A stretch of DNA of 64,000 bases from an uncultured Solirubrobacteraceae bacterium (GTDB lineage Bacteria > Actinomycetota > Thermoleophilia > Solirubrobacterales > Solirubrobacteraceae). A program made the translations under genes and the position numbers. Below, one piece after another: positions 36,822-45,919 of this stretch; the first letter of the stretch is position 1, and each line of letters begins with the position of its first letter. Under the pieces are notes generated by a model. It searched no databases, had not been told where the DNA came from, and saw only the letters and a list, made by a program, of their open reading frames with translations. The DNA is taken from NCBI GenBank assembly GCA_963835285.1, contig CAWIEW010000017.1, forward strand, positions 108,171 to 172,170. The letters are read 5' to 3'.

Positions 36822-37963
36822 GCGTGCACCGCGACCAGCTCGCCGGCCACCTCGCGCGCCCGCGCGTCGGCCTCGTACAGCGAGTCGAAGCCGTGGACCG
36901 CGGCGGCGCCGACTCGGTCGAGCGTCTGCTCGATCACGGCCGGGATGCCCATGAAGCCGAGGCGGCCGCTGAGGAACGCGTGCACGGCGACCTCGTTCGC
37001 CGCGTTCAGGACGCACGGCCCGGTCCCGCCCGCCACCGCCGCCTCACGGGCGAGGCGCAGGCACGGGAACGAGTCCAGGTCTGGGTGCTCGAAGGTCAGC
37101 GACCCGAGCTCGGCGAGGTCGAGCGGCCGCATCGCCGGCACGTCGACCCGCTCGGGATGGTGCAGCGCGTAGGAGATCGGCACGCGCATGTCGGGATGGC
37201 CGAGGTGGGCCAGCGCGGCGCCGTCGCACAACGTGACGAGCGCGTGGATGATCGACTGCGGGTGGACGACGACGTCGATCTGGTCGTACGGCGTGCCGAA
37301 CAGGTGGTGCGCCTCGATCACCTCGAGGCCCTTGTTCATCAGCGTCGCCGAGTCGATCGTGATCTTGCCGCCCATGTCCCAGGTCGGGTGCCGCAGCGCC
37401 TGCTCGACCGTGACGGACTCGAGCTCGGCGCGCGAGCGGCCGCGGAACGGGCCGCCGGACGCCGTCAGCACGAGCTTGTCGATCGTGCCTGGCCGTTCGG
37501 TGACGATCAGCTGGTGCAGCGCCGAATGCTCGGAGTCGACCGGCAGGATCTGCGCGCCGGTGGCCTCGGCGAGCGCGGTCACGAGCTCGCCGCCGACGAC
37601 CAGCGACTCCTTGTTCGCCAGCGCGAGGTCGATGCCCTCGGTGAGCGCGACGATCGTCGGGCCGAGCCCGGCCGAGCCGACGATCGCGTTCAGCACGAGG
37701 TCGGCGTCGGATTCGGCGACCAGCTGGACGAGGCCGTCGGGCCCGGCGAGCACCTCGCCCTCGGCCCAGATCTCGGCCGCGCGGGCGGCCGCATCGGGAT
37801 CGGAGAGCGCGATCCGGCGCACGCCGTGTTCGCGCGCCTGCCGCACGAGATCCTCGTGCGCGGTCCCCGCGGACAGGCCGACGATCTCGAACTCGTCGGC
37901 GACGACGTCGAGCGCCTGAGTCCCGATCGAGCCCGTGCTGCCCAGGATGAGAAGCCGCTTCAT
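36818..37963 (-). CDS. dxr: 1-deoxy-D-xylulose-5-phosphate reductoisomerase
   Basis: LGSTGSIGTQAL NADPH motif, ...PVDSEHSA..., 381 aa. Confidence 0.95.
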   Translation of the reverse strand: MKRLLILGSTGSIGTQALDVVADEFEIVGLSAGTAHEDLVRQAREHGVRRIALSDPDAAARAAEIWAEGEVLAGPDGLVQLVAESDADLVLNAIVGSAGLGPTIVALTEGIDLALANKESLVVGGELVTALAEATGAQILPVDSEHSALHQLIVTERPGTIDKLVLTASGGPFRGRSRAELESVTVEQALRHPTWDMGGKITIDSATLMNKGLEVIEAHHLFGTPYDQIDVVVHPQSIIHALVTLCDGAALAHLGHPDMRVPISYALHHPERVDVPAMRPLDLAELGSLTFEHPDLDSFPCLRLAREAAVAGGTGPCVLNAANEVAVHAFLSGRLGFMGIPAVIEQTLDRVGAAAVHGFDSLYEADARAREVAGELVAVHA

Positions 37964-37989
37964 CGGCGACCCATTGTGGCAACGCCTGT

Positions 37990-38464
37990 CTAAGGACCGG
38001 ATGAATCACGCGCGCAGTGGCGGACCAGGGGGCGGCGAACCACAGTGCGAGCAGGCCGAGGCCCCGACGGCCACCGGCCAGATCCAGCTCGTCCCCGAGC
38101 CCGAACAGGTAGTCGGTGATCAGCGTCACCGCGCACACGATCGCGAGCGCGAGGAAGACCAGGCCCGCGATCAGCAGCCGGTTGGCCGACTCGACCAGGT
38201 AGGCCCGCTCCGCTGGTGGAAGCGCAGCCGGTGCGTGGCGCTCGGCGCGATCAGGCAGAGCGTCGAGGCCGCGGTGGCGAGCAGCGTGGCGAAGTACAGG
38301 TCGCGCTGGAAGTCGGTGACCTTCGTGAAGCCCTGCGCGAACGGGACGGTCAGCAGGAACGCGAACAGGATCTGGACGCCCGGCAGCGCGATCCGCAGCT
38401 CCTGCAGCAGCTCGGCCATCTGGCGGTCGCGCTTGACCTCCTCGGGACTCCGCTCGTCCTCCAT
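37990..38464 (-). pseudogene. DUF6328-like membrane protein, reading frame broken (probably two indels)
   Basis: N-terminal ...ELLQELRIALPGVQILFAFLLTVPF...HRLRFHQR is in the frame of ORF 38171..38464. The continuation ERAYLVESANRLLIAGLVFLALAIV... is in another frame that lacks a stop before dxr. Confidence 0.45.
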
Positions 38465-38474
38465 GCCGGAAGCC

Positions 38475-39428
38475 TTACCACGCGCTGTCGTGCGACATGC
38501 GCACGCGCGGGTCGAACCGCGAGACAGCCCAGTCGGCGAGCAGCCCGAGCACGATCAGGAGCACCGCGCCCCAGACGCCGAGCGCGCACAAAAGCGGGAA
38601 GTCGGGCTTCGGGTCACGGGCCGCGACGGACAGGTTCTCGTGCCCGGCCGCGCGCCACGTGTACTTGAAGAAGCCGGGCACGGACAGCGTCCGCTCGACC
38701 AGCACCATGTTGGTGATGATCAGCGGCGCCGACACCGCGATGAACGAGAAGGTGCCCGGATAGGAGAGCGGCGCCGCGTGGTGGCGGACGATGTCGTTCG
38801 GTGCCACGCCCTTCGCCTGCGCGGTGCGGATGAACTCCTCGTCCATCGCCTCGCGCGTGATCGACAGCGTCAGCCGCAGGCACATCGCCCCCAGCGGGGC
38901 GGCGAGCACCATCCATGGCACCAGCAGCTGGCGGAACCAGTCCCACGGGGCGTCCCACGGCTGCACCCAACGCGGCTCGGCATCGAAGAAGAAGGGCAAT
39001 CCGACGCGACCGTAGATGGGATTGAACAGCCACAGCACGAACAGCCCGACGAAGAACACCGGCGCGCAGTAGGCCGCCATCGCGCCCGCCTCCAGCAGCC
39101 GCGACGGGAGCGAGCCCGGCCGCCGGGCGCACCACCGGCCCGCGAGGATCCCGCCCGCGGTGCCGAGCACGACGCCGCCGGCCAGGAGCCACAGGTCCCA
39201 CCACAGCCCGTTCAGCCACAGCCCGTGGATCGACGGGCAGCCGCGCAGCATCATCGAGCAGCCGAAGTCGAGGTGGAAGAACACCCGGTTGAGATCGTCG
39301 GCCACGCCGGGGAAGAGCGACTGGCCCGGGAACATGTCCGCCCGCAGGACCCGCGGCACGGCGTAGGTGACGGCCACCACCACGACCAGGACGACGGGGG
39401 CGAAGGCGAGACGACGGAGAAACGGCAA
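38475..39428 (-). CDS. ABC transporter permease, DppB/OppB-like
   Basis: EAA-loop region FIRTAQAKGV and C-terminal ...DPRVR; TTG start. No partner ABC genes adjacent. Confidence 0.8.
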   Translation of the reverse strand: MPFLRRLAFAPVVLVVVVAVTYAVPRVLRADMFPGQSLFPGVADDLNRVFFHLDFGCSMMLRGCPSIHGLWLNGLWWDLWLLAGGVVLGTAGGILAGRWCARRPGSLPSRLLEAGAMAAYCAPVFFVGLFVLWLFNPIYGRVGLPFFFDAEPRWVQPWDAPWDWFRQLLVPWMVLAAPLGAMCLRLTLSITREAMDEEFIRTAQAKGVAPNDIVRHHAAPLSYPGTFSFIAVSAPLIITNMVLVERTLSVPGFFKYTWRAAGHENLSVAARDPKPDFPLLCALGVWGAVLLIVLGLLADWAVSRFDPRVRMSHDSAW

Positions 39429-39442
39429 GTCGAGCGTTATAT

Positions 39443-39477
39443 GTCATCCGGGCCGCGACCTCTGTCGCGCGGATGAC
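39443..39477 (-). terminator. hairpin immediately downstream of cdsA
   Basis: gtcatccg...gcgac-ctct-gtcgc...cggatgac, 4 nt after the cdsA TAG (39481-39483); no clear U-tract. Confidence 0.4.
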
Positions 39478-39480
39478 GTC

Positions 39481-40299
39481 CTACATCAGCGCGAGCCAGA
39501 CGTAGTAGCCGGTCACGAGCGTGAAGAACGCGGCGTCCAGCCGGTCCAGCGCCCCGCCGTGGGTGCCGAACAGGGTGCCGGCGTCCTTGGTCCCCGCGTC
39601 GCGCTTTACGGCCGACTCGAACAGATCGCCGATCGGGGCGACGACGCCGACCGCGGCGCCGATGATCAGCGCGTCGATACCGGTCAGCCAGTCCTGGTAC
39701 AGCCCCGCGCACCAGGTGAAGAACACCGCCGCCAGGAAGCCGATGACCAGACCCTCGACCGTCTTGTTCGGCGAGATCCGCGGCGACAGCGGCCGGGTGC
39801 CGAACCAGCGGCCGCCGAGGTAGGCGCCGGTGTCGCCGAGGAACGTGCCGACGAGCACGTCGATGACGATCCCGTCGCCGTGCGGCGTGCCGCGCAGCAG
39901 GATCGCGTGCGCGATCGCCATGCCGACCCACACCACGCCGAACGTGGTCAGCGCCATCGCGGCGGTCAGCGATGGGCCGCTCGGCCGAGGGATCGCGATG
40001 CCGAGCAGGAACATCAGCGGGAAGAAGGCGACGAGCGCGAGCAGGACCTGCCGCTCGCTGCCGTCCTGCGCCGCCACCGCGAGCCCGGCGATGGCCGCGA
40101 ACGCCGCCAGCCGGATCGGCCGCACCGTCTCGTACATCCGGAACAGCTCGTGCAGGCACACGAAGCCGAGGACGAGGATCCCGGCCGCGAACACCCAGCC
40201 GCCGGCGGCGATGATGAAGATCGCGTACGCGACGGCGGGGATCGCCACCAGGACGCGCCCCGTGAGGTCCGCGGCGACACTGCGGCGCCGGGCGCTCAT
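39481..40299 (-). CDS. cdsA: phosphatidate cytidylyltransferase
   Basis: Multi-TM; C-terminal SAVKRDAGTKDAGTLFGTHGGALDRLD signature; ATG at 40299 overlaps the uppS stop (ATGA). Confidence 0.85.
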   Translation of the reverse strand: MSARRRSVAADLTGRVLVAIPAVAYAIFIIAAGGWVFAAGILVLGFVCLHELFRMYETVRPIRLAAFAAIAGLAVAAQDGSERQVLLALVAFFPLMFLLGIAIPRPSGPSLTAAMALTTFGVVWVGMAIAHAILLRGTPHGDGIVIDVLVGTFLGDTGAYLGGRWFGTRPLSPRISPNKTVEGLVIGFLAAVFFTWCAGLYQDWLTGIDALIIGAAVGVVAPIGDLFESAVKRDAGTKDAGTLFGTHGGALDRLDAAFFTLVTGYYVWLALM

Positions 40300-40958
40300 C
40301 GGCCGCCGAACCGGCGCCGCCGCACCTCGAACTCGCCGAGCGCCGCCTCGAAGTCCTCGCGCGAGAAGTCCGGCCACAGCACCTCGGTGAAGTGCAGCTC
40401 CGAGTACGCCGACTGCCACAGCAGGTAGTTGGAGAGCCGCTGCTCGCCGCTGGTGCGGATGATCAGGTCCGGGTCGTGCATCTCGGGCGCGTACAGCAGC
40501 GCCCGGAACTCCTCTTCGGTGGTGCCGGTGAACTGGCGCGCCGCGTCGACGATCTCCGCCCGGCCGCCGTAGTTGAAGGCGACGTACAGCGTGATGCGAT
40601 CGTTGCCGCCGGTCGTCTCCTCGGCCCAGCGCATCTGCTCGAGCAGCTCGGGGAGCACGCCGTCGCGGCGGCCGATGAAGCGCATCCGCACGCCCTCGTC
40701 GTCGAGCTCGGGCGTCTCGGCGAGGATCCGCTCGGAGAAGAGCGCCATCAGCGCGTTGACCTCCTCCGGCGCCCGCGACCAGTTCTCGGTCGAGAACGAG
40801 TAGACCGTCAGCTCGCGGACGCCGAGGTCGACGGCGTCACGGAGGCGGGCCTTGACGGTGTCGGCCCCGGCCCGATGGCCTTCCTCCACGGGCAGGCCCC
40901 GTTGCCGGGCCCAGCGTCCGTTGCCATCCGTGATGATGGCGACGTACGAGGCGCTCAC
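40296..40958 (-). CDS. uppS: isoprenyl (undecaprenyl) diphosphate synthase
   Basis: VAIITDGNGRWA, ...LTVYSFSTENW..., ...RTSGEQRLSNYLLWQ. Confidence 0.9.
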   Translation of the reverse strand: MSASYVAIITDGNGRWARQRGLPVEEGHRAGADTVKARLRDAVDLGVRELTVYSFSTENWSRAPEEVNALMALFSERILAETPELDDEGVRMRFIGRRDGVLPELLEQMRWAEETTGGNDRITLYVAFNYGGRAEIVDAARQFTGTTEEEFRALLYAPEMHDPDLIIRTSGEQRLSNYLLWQSAYSELHFTEVLWPDFSREDFEAALGEFEVRRRRFGGR

Positions 40959-41512
40959 ACCTCGAGGATCTCTTCTTCCTTGGCCTTGAGGACCGCGTCG
41001 AGCTCCTTGACCTTCTCGTCCGTCAGCTTCTGGAGCGCCTCTTCGGCACGGTGCTCGTCGTCGGAGCCGGCCTCGCCCGCGTCCCGCAGCTCGCGTAGGT
41101 CGTGCATGACGTCGCGGCGGATGTTGCGAATCGCCACGCGGCCCTCCTCGGCGAGGTTGCGGACCACCTTCACCAGCTCCCTGCGGCGCTCCTCGGTGAG
41201 CTCGGGGACCTGCAGGCGGATGATCGAGCCGTCGTTGTTCGGCGTCAGGCCGACGTCGGACTCGAGGATCGCCCGCTCGATGTTCTTGATCGAGTTCTTG
41301 TCATACGGCTGGACCGTGAGCAGCCGGGCCTCGGGCGCCGAGACCGTCGCGAGCTGCTTGAGCGGTGTCTGCGTGCCGTAGTAGTCGACGTTGATGCGGT
41401 CCAGCAGATGAGGCGTCGCGCGGCCTGTCCGGACCGAGCCGAACTTCGCTCGGGTCGCGTCCACGGACTTGTCCATGTGCTCCCGCGCGTCTTGAAGGAG
41501 GTCGTCGATCAT
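40955..41512 (-). CDS. frr: ribosome recycling factor
   Basis: 185 aa, ...[19 protein letters not shown]...IRNIRRD...; ATGA overlap with the pyrH stop. Confidence 0.95.
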   Translation of the reverse strand: MIDDLLQDAREHMDKSVDATRAKFGSVRTGRATPHLLDRINVDYYGTQTPLKQLATVSAPEARLLTVQPYDKNSIKNIERAILESDVGLTPNNDGSIIRLQVPELTEERRRELVKVVRNLAEEGRVAIRNIRRDVMHDLRELRDAGEAGSDDEHRAEEALQKLTDEKVKELDAVLKAKEEEILEV

Positions 41513-42234
41513 GCCGTCGTCACCAGAGTCCCCACCCGCTCGCCGGAGACTATCCGGTCGATGTTGTCCTCGTCGTTCATGTTGAAGACGTAGATCGGGA
41601 GCCCGTTGTCCATGCACAGCGACAGCGCCGTGGAGTCCATGACCTTCAGACCGCGCTGGAGCGCCTCGCGCGCCGTGATCTCCGGGATGAACTCGGCGTT
41701 CGGATCCTTCTTCGGGTCGGCCGTGTAGATCCCCTCGACGCCGTTCTTGGCCATCAGGATCGCCTCCGCGTGCATCTCCAGGGCGCGCAGCGCCGCGGCG
41801 GTGTCGGAGGTGAAGAACGGGTTGCCGGTGCCGGCCGCGAAGATCACGACGCGGCCCTTCTCGAGGTGGCGCATCGCGCGGCGGCGGATGTACGGCTCGG
41901 CGACCTCGGAGATCGTGATCGCGGACTGCACGCGCGTGTGCACTCCCTGCTTCTCGAGCGCGTCCTGCAACGTCAGCGCGTTGAGGACGATCGCCAGCAT
42001 GCCCATGTAGTCCGCGGTCGAGCGGTCCATGCCCGCCGCCGCGCCCTCGAGGCCGCGATAGATGTTCCCGGCCCCGAGCACGACCGCGACCTCGACGCCG
42101 CGGTCGTGAATGCCCTTCAGCTGGCGGGCGATGGCCGAGACGGTGTCGGCATCGGTGCCGAACTCGAGGTCGCCCATCAGCGCCTCGCCCGACAGCTTGA
42201 CCAGGACCCGCTGGAAGGCGGGCTTGTCCGTCAA
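41509..42234 (-). CDS. pyrH: UMP kinase
   Basis: [10 protein letters not shown]..., [11 protein letters not shown], ...[13 protein letters not shown]; TTG at 42234 overlaps the tsf stop (TTGA). Confidence 0.93.
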   Translation of the reverse strand: MTDKPAFQRVLVKLSGEALMGDLEFGTDADTVSAIARQLKGIHDRGVEVAVVLGAGNIYRGLEGAAAGMDRSTADYMGMLAIVLNALTLQDALEKQGVHTRVQSAITISEVAEPYIRRRAMRHLEKGRVVIFAAGTGNPFFTSDTAAALRALEMHAEAILMAKNGVEGIYTADPKKDPNAEFIPEITAREALQRGLKVMDSTALSLCMDNGLPIYVFNMNDEDNIDRIVSGERVGTLVTTA

Positions 42235-42833
42235 GCGCCCACCTGGAAGCGGGCGAACCGGCGGATCACGACGTTCTCGCCGGTGGTGCCGGACAGCTCG
42301 ACCCGCAGCTGCTCGATCGTCTTGCCTTCGTACTTGTCGGTGTTGACGTGCGGCTGGTTGAGGAGCACGACCTCCTCCATCCACTTGCGCAGCTTGCCCT
42401 CGGCGATCTTGCCACGAACGTTCTCGGGCTTGTCGGCCGCCTGCTGCTCGAACACCCGCAGCTCGGCCTGCTTGGCGTCCTCGGGGATGTCCTCCTCGGA
42501 GACCCACTTGGTGGTCGGCGAGGCGGCGATGTGCAGCGCGAGCTCGCGCGCGAACGTGACGAAGTCCTCGTTGCGGGCGACGAAGTCGGTGTTGCAGTCG
42601 ACCTCGACGAGCACGCCGACCTTGCCGCCGCCGTGGATGTAGGACTGCACGGTGCCCTCGGTGGCCTCGCGGCCGCCCACCTTGAGCGCCTTGTCGCCGA
42701 GGCGGACGCGCAGCAGCTCGACGGCGGCCTCGATGTCCCCGTCGGTCTCGGCGAGGGCGTTCTTGCAGTCCATCATGCCGGCGCCGGTGCGGTCGCGCAG
42801 CTCCTTGACCTGCGATGCGGAGATGGCGGTCAC
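42231..42833 (-). CDS. tsf: elongation factor Ts (short form, ~200 aa)
   Basis: [30 protein letters not shown]-like N-terminus. GTG at 42833 sits in the sequence GTGA, whose TGA would be the natural rpsB stop. Confidence 0.9.
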   Translation of the reverse strand: MTAISASQVKELRDRTGAGMMDCKNALAETDGDIEAAVELLRVRLGDKALKVGGREATEGTVQSYIHGGGKVGVLVEVDCNTDFVARNEDFVTFARELALHIAASPTTKWVSEEDIPEDAKQAELRVFEQQAADKPENVRGKIAEGKLRKWMEEVVLLNQPHVNTDKYEGKTIEQLRVELSGTTGENVVIRRFARFQVGA

Positions 42834-44222
42834 GACTTGGTCTCCTCGGTCTCCTTGGGCGTCTCTCCGGCGGCCTCGTCGTCCTTCTTCTTGCGACGCG
42901 GCGCGCGCTTCTTCTTCTCGGGCTTGGCCTCCGCAGCGGCCTCCGGCTCCGCGGGAGCCGCGGCCGGGGCCTCGGGCTCGGCCGCCGGCGCTCTCGGGCG
43001 CCGCGGCAGCGGGCGCCTCGGGCTCGGCCGCCGGCGCCTCGGGCGCCGCGGCAGCGGGCGCCTCGGGCTCGGCCGCCGGCGCCTCGGGCGCCGCGGCAGC
43101 GGGCGCCTCGGGCTCGGCCACCGGCGCCTCGGGCGCCGCGGCAGCGGGCGCCTCGGGCTCGGCCACCGGCGCCTCGGGCGCCGCGGCAGCGGGCGCCTCG
43201 GGCTCGGCCACCGGCGTCTCCACCGACGGCGACGGGGCCTCGCCGCGCGGCGAGCCCGCGGCCGGCATCGCCGGCTCGTCCTGCGCCTGCGCGGCGGCAG
43301 CCGCCTCCGGCGCCTTGGTGCCCTCGGCCTGCGGCGGCGCGGCCGCGACGGCCTCGGCGACCTGAGCCTCGGCGGCTTCGCGCGTCGCGGCCTCGGCGCT
43401 GCGGCTCGCCGCCTCGGCGGCGGCGCGCTCCTCGGCCTCGCGGCGAGCCTGCTCCTCGGCCTCGCGCCGGGCGCGCTCCTCGGCCTCCTTGCGGGCCTGC
43501 TCCTCGGCCTGCAGGCGCGCCTGCTCCTCCTCGTGGCGGAACCGGGCGCGGCCCTCGGCGACGACGTCGCCGATCGCCCGCGTCACCAGCGTGCAGGCAC
43601 GGATCGCGTCGTCGTTGCCCGGCACCACGTAGTCGATCCCATCGGGGTCGCAGTTGGTGTCGACGAGCCCGATGATCGGGATCCGCAGGCGCTGCGCCTC
43701 GCGGACCGCGATCGCCTCGGTCTTGAGGTCGATCACGAACATCGCGTCGGGGACGCGCTGCATGTTCTTGACGCCACCCAGGTTCGCCTGGAGCTTCTCC
43801 AGGTCGGCCTCGGCGCTCAGGCGCTCACGCGTCGGCAGCAGCGCCAGCTGGCCCTCGGACGCGTAGCGCTCGAGGTCGTGCAGGCGCTTGATGCGCAGCG
43901 AGATCGTCTGGAAGTTGGTCAGCAGCCCACCCAGCCAGCGGTGGTTGACGTACGGCATGTTGGCCGACTCGGCGATCTCCTTGATGCCGTCGCGGGCCTG
44001 CTTCTTGGTGCCGACGAACAGCACGGTGCCGCCGCGGTTGGCGATCTCGGCCGCGAACTGCTGCGCCTGCGCGAGCAGCGCCTCGGTCTTGAGCAGATCG
44101 ATGATGTAGATCCCGCCGCGCTCGCCGTGGATGAAACGGCGCATCTTCGGGTTCCAACGGCGCGTCTGGTGGCCGAAGTGGACTCCGGCCTCCAGCAGCT
44201 CCCTGATTCCTACCTGAGCCAC
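42830..44222 (-). pseudogene. rpsB: 30S ribosomal protein S2 with a long Ala/Pro/Glu-rich repeat extension; a 1-nt insertion near 42992 fuses it in frame to tsf
   Basis: [15 protein letters not shown]... core. The track shows one 663-aa ORF (42231..44222). An extra base breaks an otherwise regular 45-nt repeat; the corrected frame ends ...[20 protein letters not shown] at the TGA at 42830-42832. Confidence 0.9.
42965..43218. repeat. 45-bp tandem repeat, about 5.5 copies, inside the rpsB 3' extension
   Basis: Unit ggcgcctcgggctcggcc(g/a)ccggcgcctcgggcgccgcggcagcg encodes PEAP(V/A)[10 protein letters not shown] on the minus strand. Confidence 0.9.
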
Positions 44223-44482
44223 GGATTACTCCCTTGATCGGTTGTGCACTGCAGCCCGGGCGACGAGGCGATTCACGGGACCCGGCTGGTGTGCCGGGCA
44301 GGGCCCGCGGCCTCGGACGTTTGGTTGGCGCCCGGGGTCGTTGAAACGGATTGCCCATCAGTTTACGAAAGTTCTGCGGAGATCCTCCGTTTACGCCTGC
44401 GCGGGCCGGCCCTCCCTTCCCCTACCTCCGGTGGACCGGCCCGCCTTTTCCCGTGCTCGTGGGCGGTCGCGCCGGCCAACTG

Positions 44483-44592
44483 CGGCTGGGTAGGGCAGCG
44501 GAAGCGCCCGCGAATCGATCTCCGTGTGCAGTTGACCCCCGTATAGGTCGTCAACTGCACACGCAGGGTCACTTGACGGCGCCCTACCCAGC
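44483..44592. repeat. GTAG-box element, copy B: 12-bp inverted termini GCTGGGTAGGGC / GCCCTACCCAGC flank a 13-bp-stem hairpin (MITE/REP-like)
   Basis: Left box 44483-44499; right inverted copy 44581-44592, containing the rluD TAG; internal hairpin gtgtgcagttgac...gtcaactgcacac (44524-44562). Confidence 0.65.
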
Positions 44593-45480
44593 TGCCGTTC
44601 GCCGGGCCAGCGCGAGCGCGTCGCAGAGGTCTCCGGCAGCGGAGACCGGACGTCGACCGCCGCCCCCGTCACCGGATGGGCGAACGCCAGCCGGTCGGCG
44701 TGCAGGAACTGGCGGGTCAGGCCCAGCTCGCCCTTGCGGCCTCCGTATTCGGGGTCGCCGGCGACCGGGTGGCCGATCGCCTTCAGATGCGCGCGGATCT
44801 GGTGCGTGCGGCCGGTCTCGAGCCGCACGCGCAGCAGCGTGTAGTCGGGGAGCGATTCCTGAGTCTCGAAATGGGTGATCGCCGGGCGCGGCTCGTCGGT
44901 GTCGGTCGAGATGCGCGTCCGCACGCGCCGGTCGCGCCCGAGCGGCGCGTCGATCGTGCCGGCCGCGCGACGCCGGCCGGCCCTCGACCAGCGCCAGGTA
45001 CTCGCGCGTGATCTCCCGGCGCTGCAGCTGCGCCTTCAGCGCCGCGTGCACCGCCTCGCTGCGGGCGACCACGAGCAGGCCCGAGGTGTCGCGGTCGAGC
45101 CGGTGGACGATGCCCTCCCGGCCGGCATCGCCGCCCGCCGCGCGACCCTCGAGCGCCTGCGCCAGCGTCCCGGCCCGGTGCCCGCGCGCCGGGTGCACGA
45201 CGACGCCCGCCGGCTTGTCGATGACCAGCAGGTGCTCGTCCTCATAGGCGATCGCGAACGTCGCCTCCGGGACCGCGGCCTCCGCGACCTCCGGCGCCGG
45301 CTGCACGGTCACCCGCTCACCGGCGGCGACCGGGTGGCGCTTCGGCCGCGCCACGCCGTCGACCTGCACCAGCCCGGCGTCGATCAGCCGCTGCGCCGCG
45401 GCGCGCGAGCCGGCCGCGCCGGCGAGGAAGACGTCGAGCCGCTCACCCGCCGCGTCCGGCTCGACGACCAGCTCACGCAC
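44584..45480 (-). pseudogene. rluD: RluA-family 23S rRNA pseudouridine synthase, with two compensating indels (near 44963 and 44632)
   Basis: S4 domain, then HRLDRDTSGLLVVA in the frame of 45480. The middle ...GTIDAPLGRD...GRTHQIRAHL...FLHA... is in the frame of ORF 44391..44924. The C-terminus DLCDALALARRTAAG* returns to the first frame. Confidence 0.85.
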
Positions 45481-45919
45481 GGCTCGGCGGGCCTTCGATC
45501 ACGTACAGCAGCGTGAGCACGCCGAACGTGATCGCGATGTCGGCGACGTTGAACGCCGGCCACCACGGGAAGTCGATGAAGTCGGTCACCGCGCCGTCGC
45601 GCACGCGATCGATCAGGTTGCCGGCCGCGCCGCCGATCAGCAGGCCGGTCGGCAGCCACACGAGCGGCCGGTCGCGGTGGCGGGCGAAGAAGACCAGCAG
45701 CGCCGCGAGGGCGACCACGGCGAAGACCACGAGCAGCGCACCGCCGCCGGAGAACGCGCCGAACGCGATCCCGTCGTTGCGCACGTTGACGAGCTGGATC
45801 TTCAGGAACAGACCGACCTCGTCGCCGCGGTCGATCGTCGAGCGCACGAGCGCCTTGACGGCCTGGTCGGCCGCCACCGTGGCGACCGCGACCAGCGCGG
45901 CGCGGGCGGTCGGCGTCAC
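45473..45919 (-). CDS. lspA: signal peptidase II
   Basis: ...NDGIAFG..., ...GGAAGNLIDRV..GAVTDFIDF...FNVADIAI; GTG at 45919 overlaps the yggT stop (GTGA). Confidence 0.85.
   Translation of the reverse strand: MTPTARAALVAVATVAADQAVKALVRSTIDRGDEVGLFLKIQLVNVRNDGIAFGAFSGGGALLVVFAVVALAALLVFFARHRDRPLVWLPTGLLIGGAAGNLIDRVRDGAVTDFIDFPWWPAFNVADIAITFGVLTLLYVIEGPPSRA

Noticed and set aside
42965-43218. CRISPR-like arrays: the 45-bp array here, the 21-bp array at 9961-10040 and the 46-bp repeats at 20719-20830
   Set aside because: The units are directly adjacent with no unique spacers. Two arrays lie inside coding sequence, copy numbers are 3-6, and there are no cas genes in the window.
42231-44222. A genuine natural S2-EF-Ts fusion protein
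   Set aside because: The linking segment is compositionally out-of-frame sequence. The break coincides with one irregular base in an exact 45-nt repeat. The alternative frame ends in a lysine/glutamate-rich tail with a stop in a GTGA junction at the tsf start. An indel is the simpler explanation; it is kept as a finding to verify.
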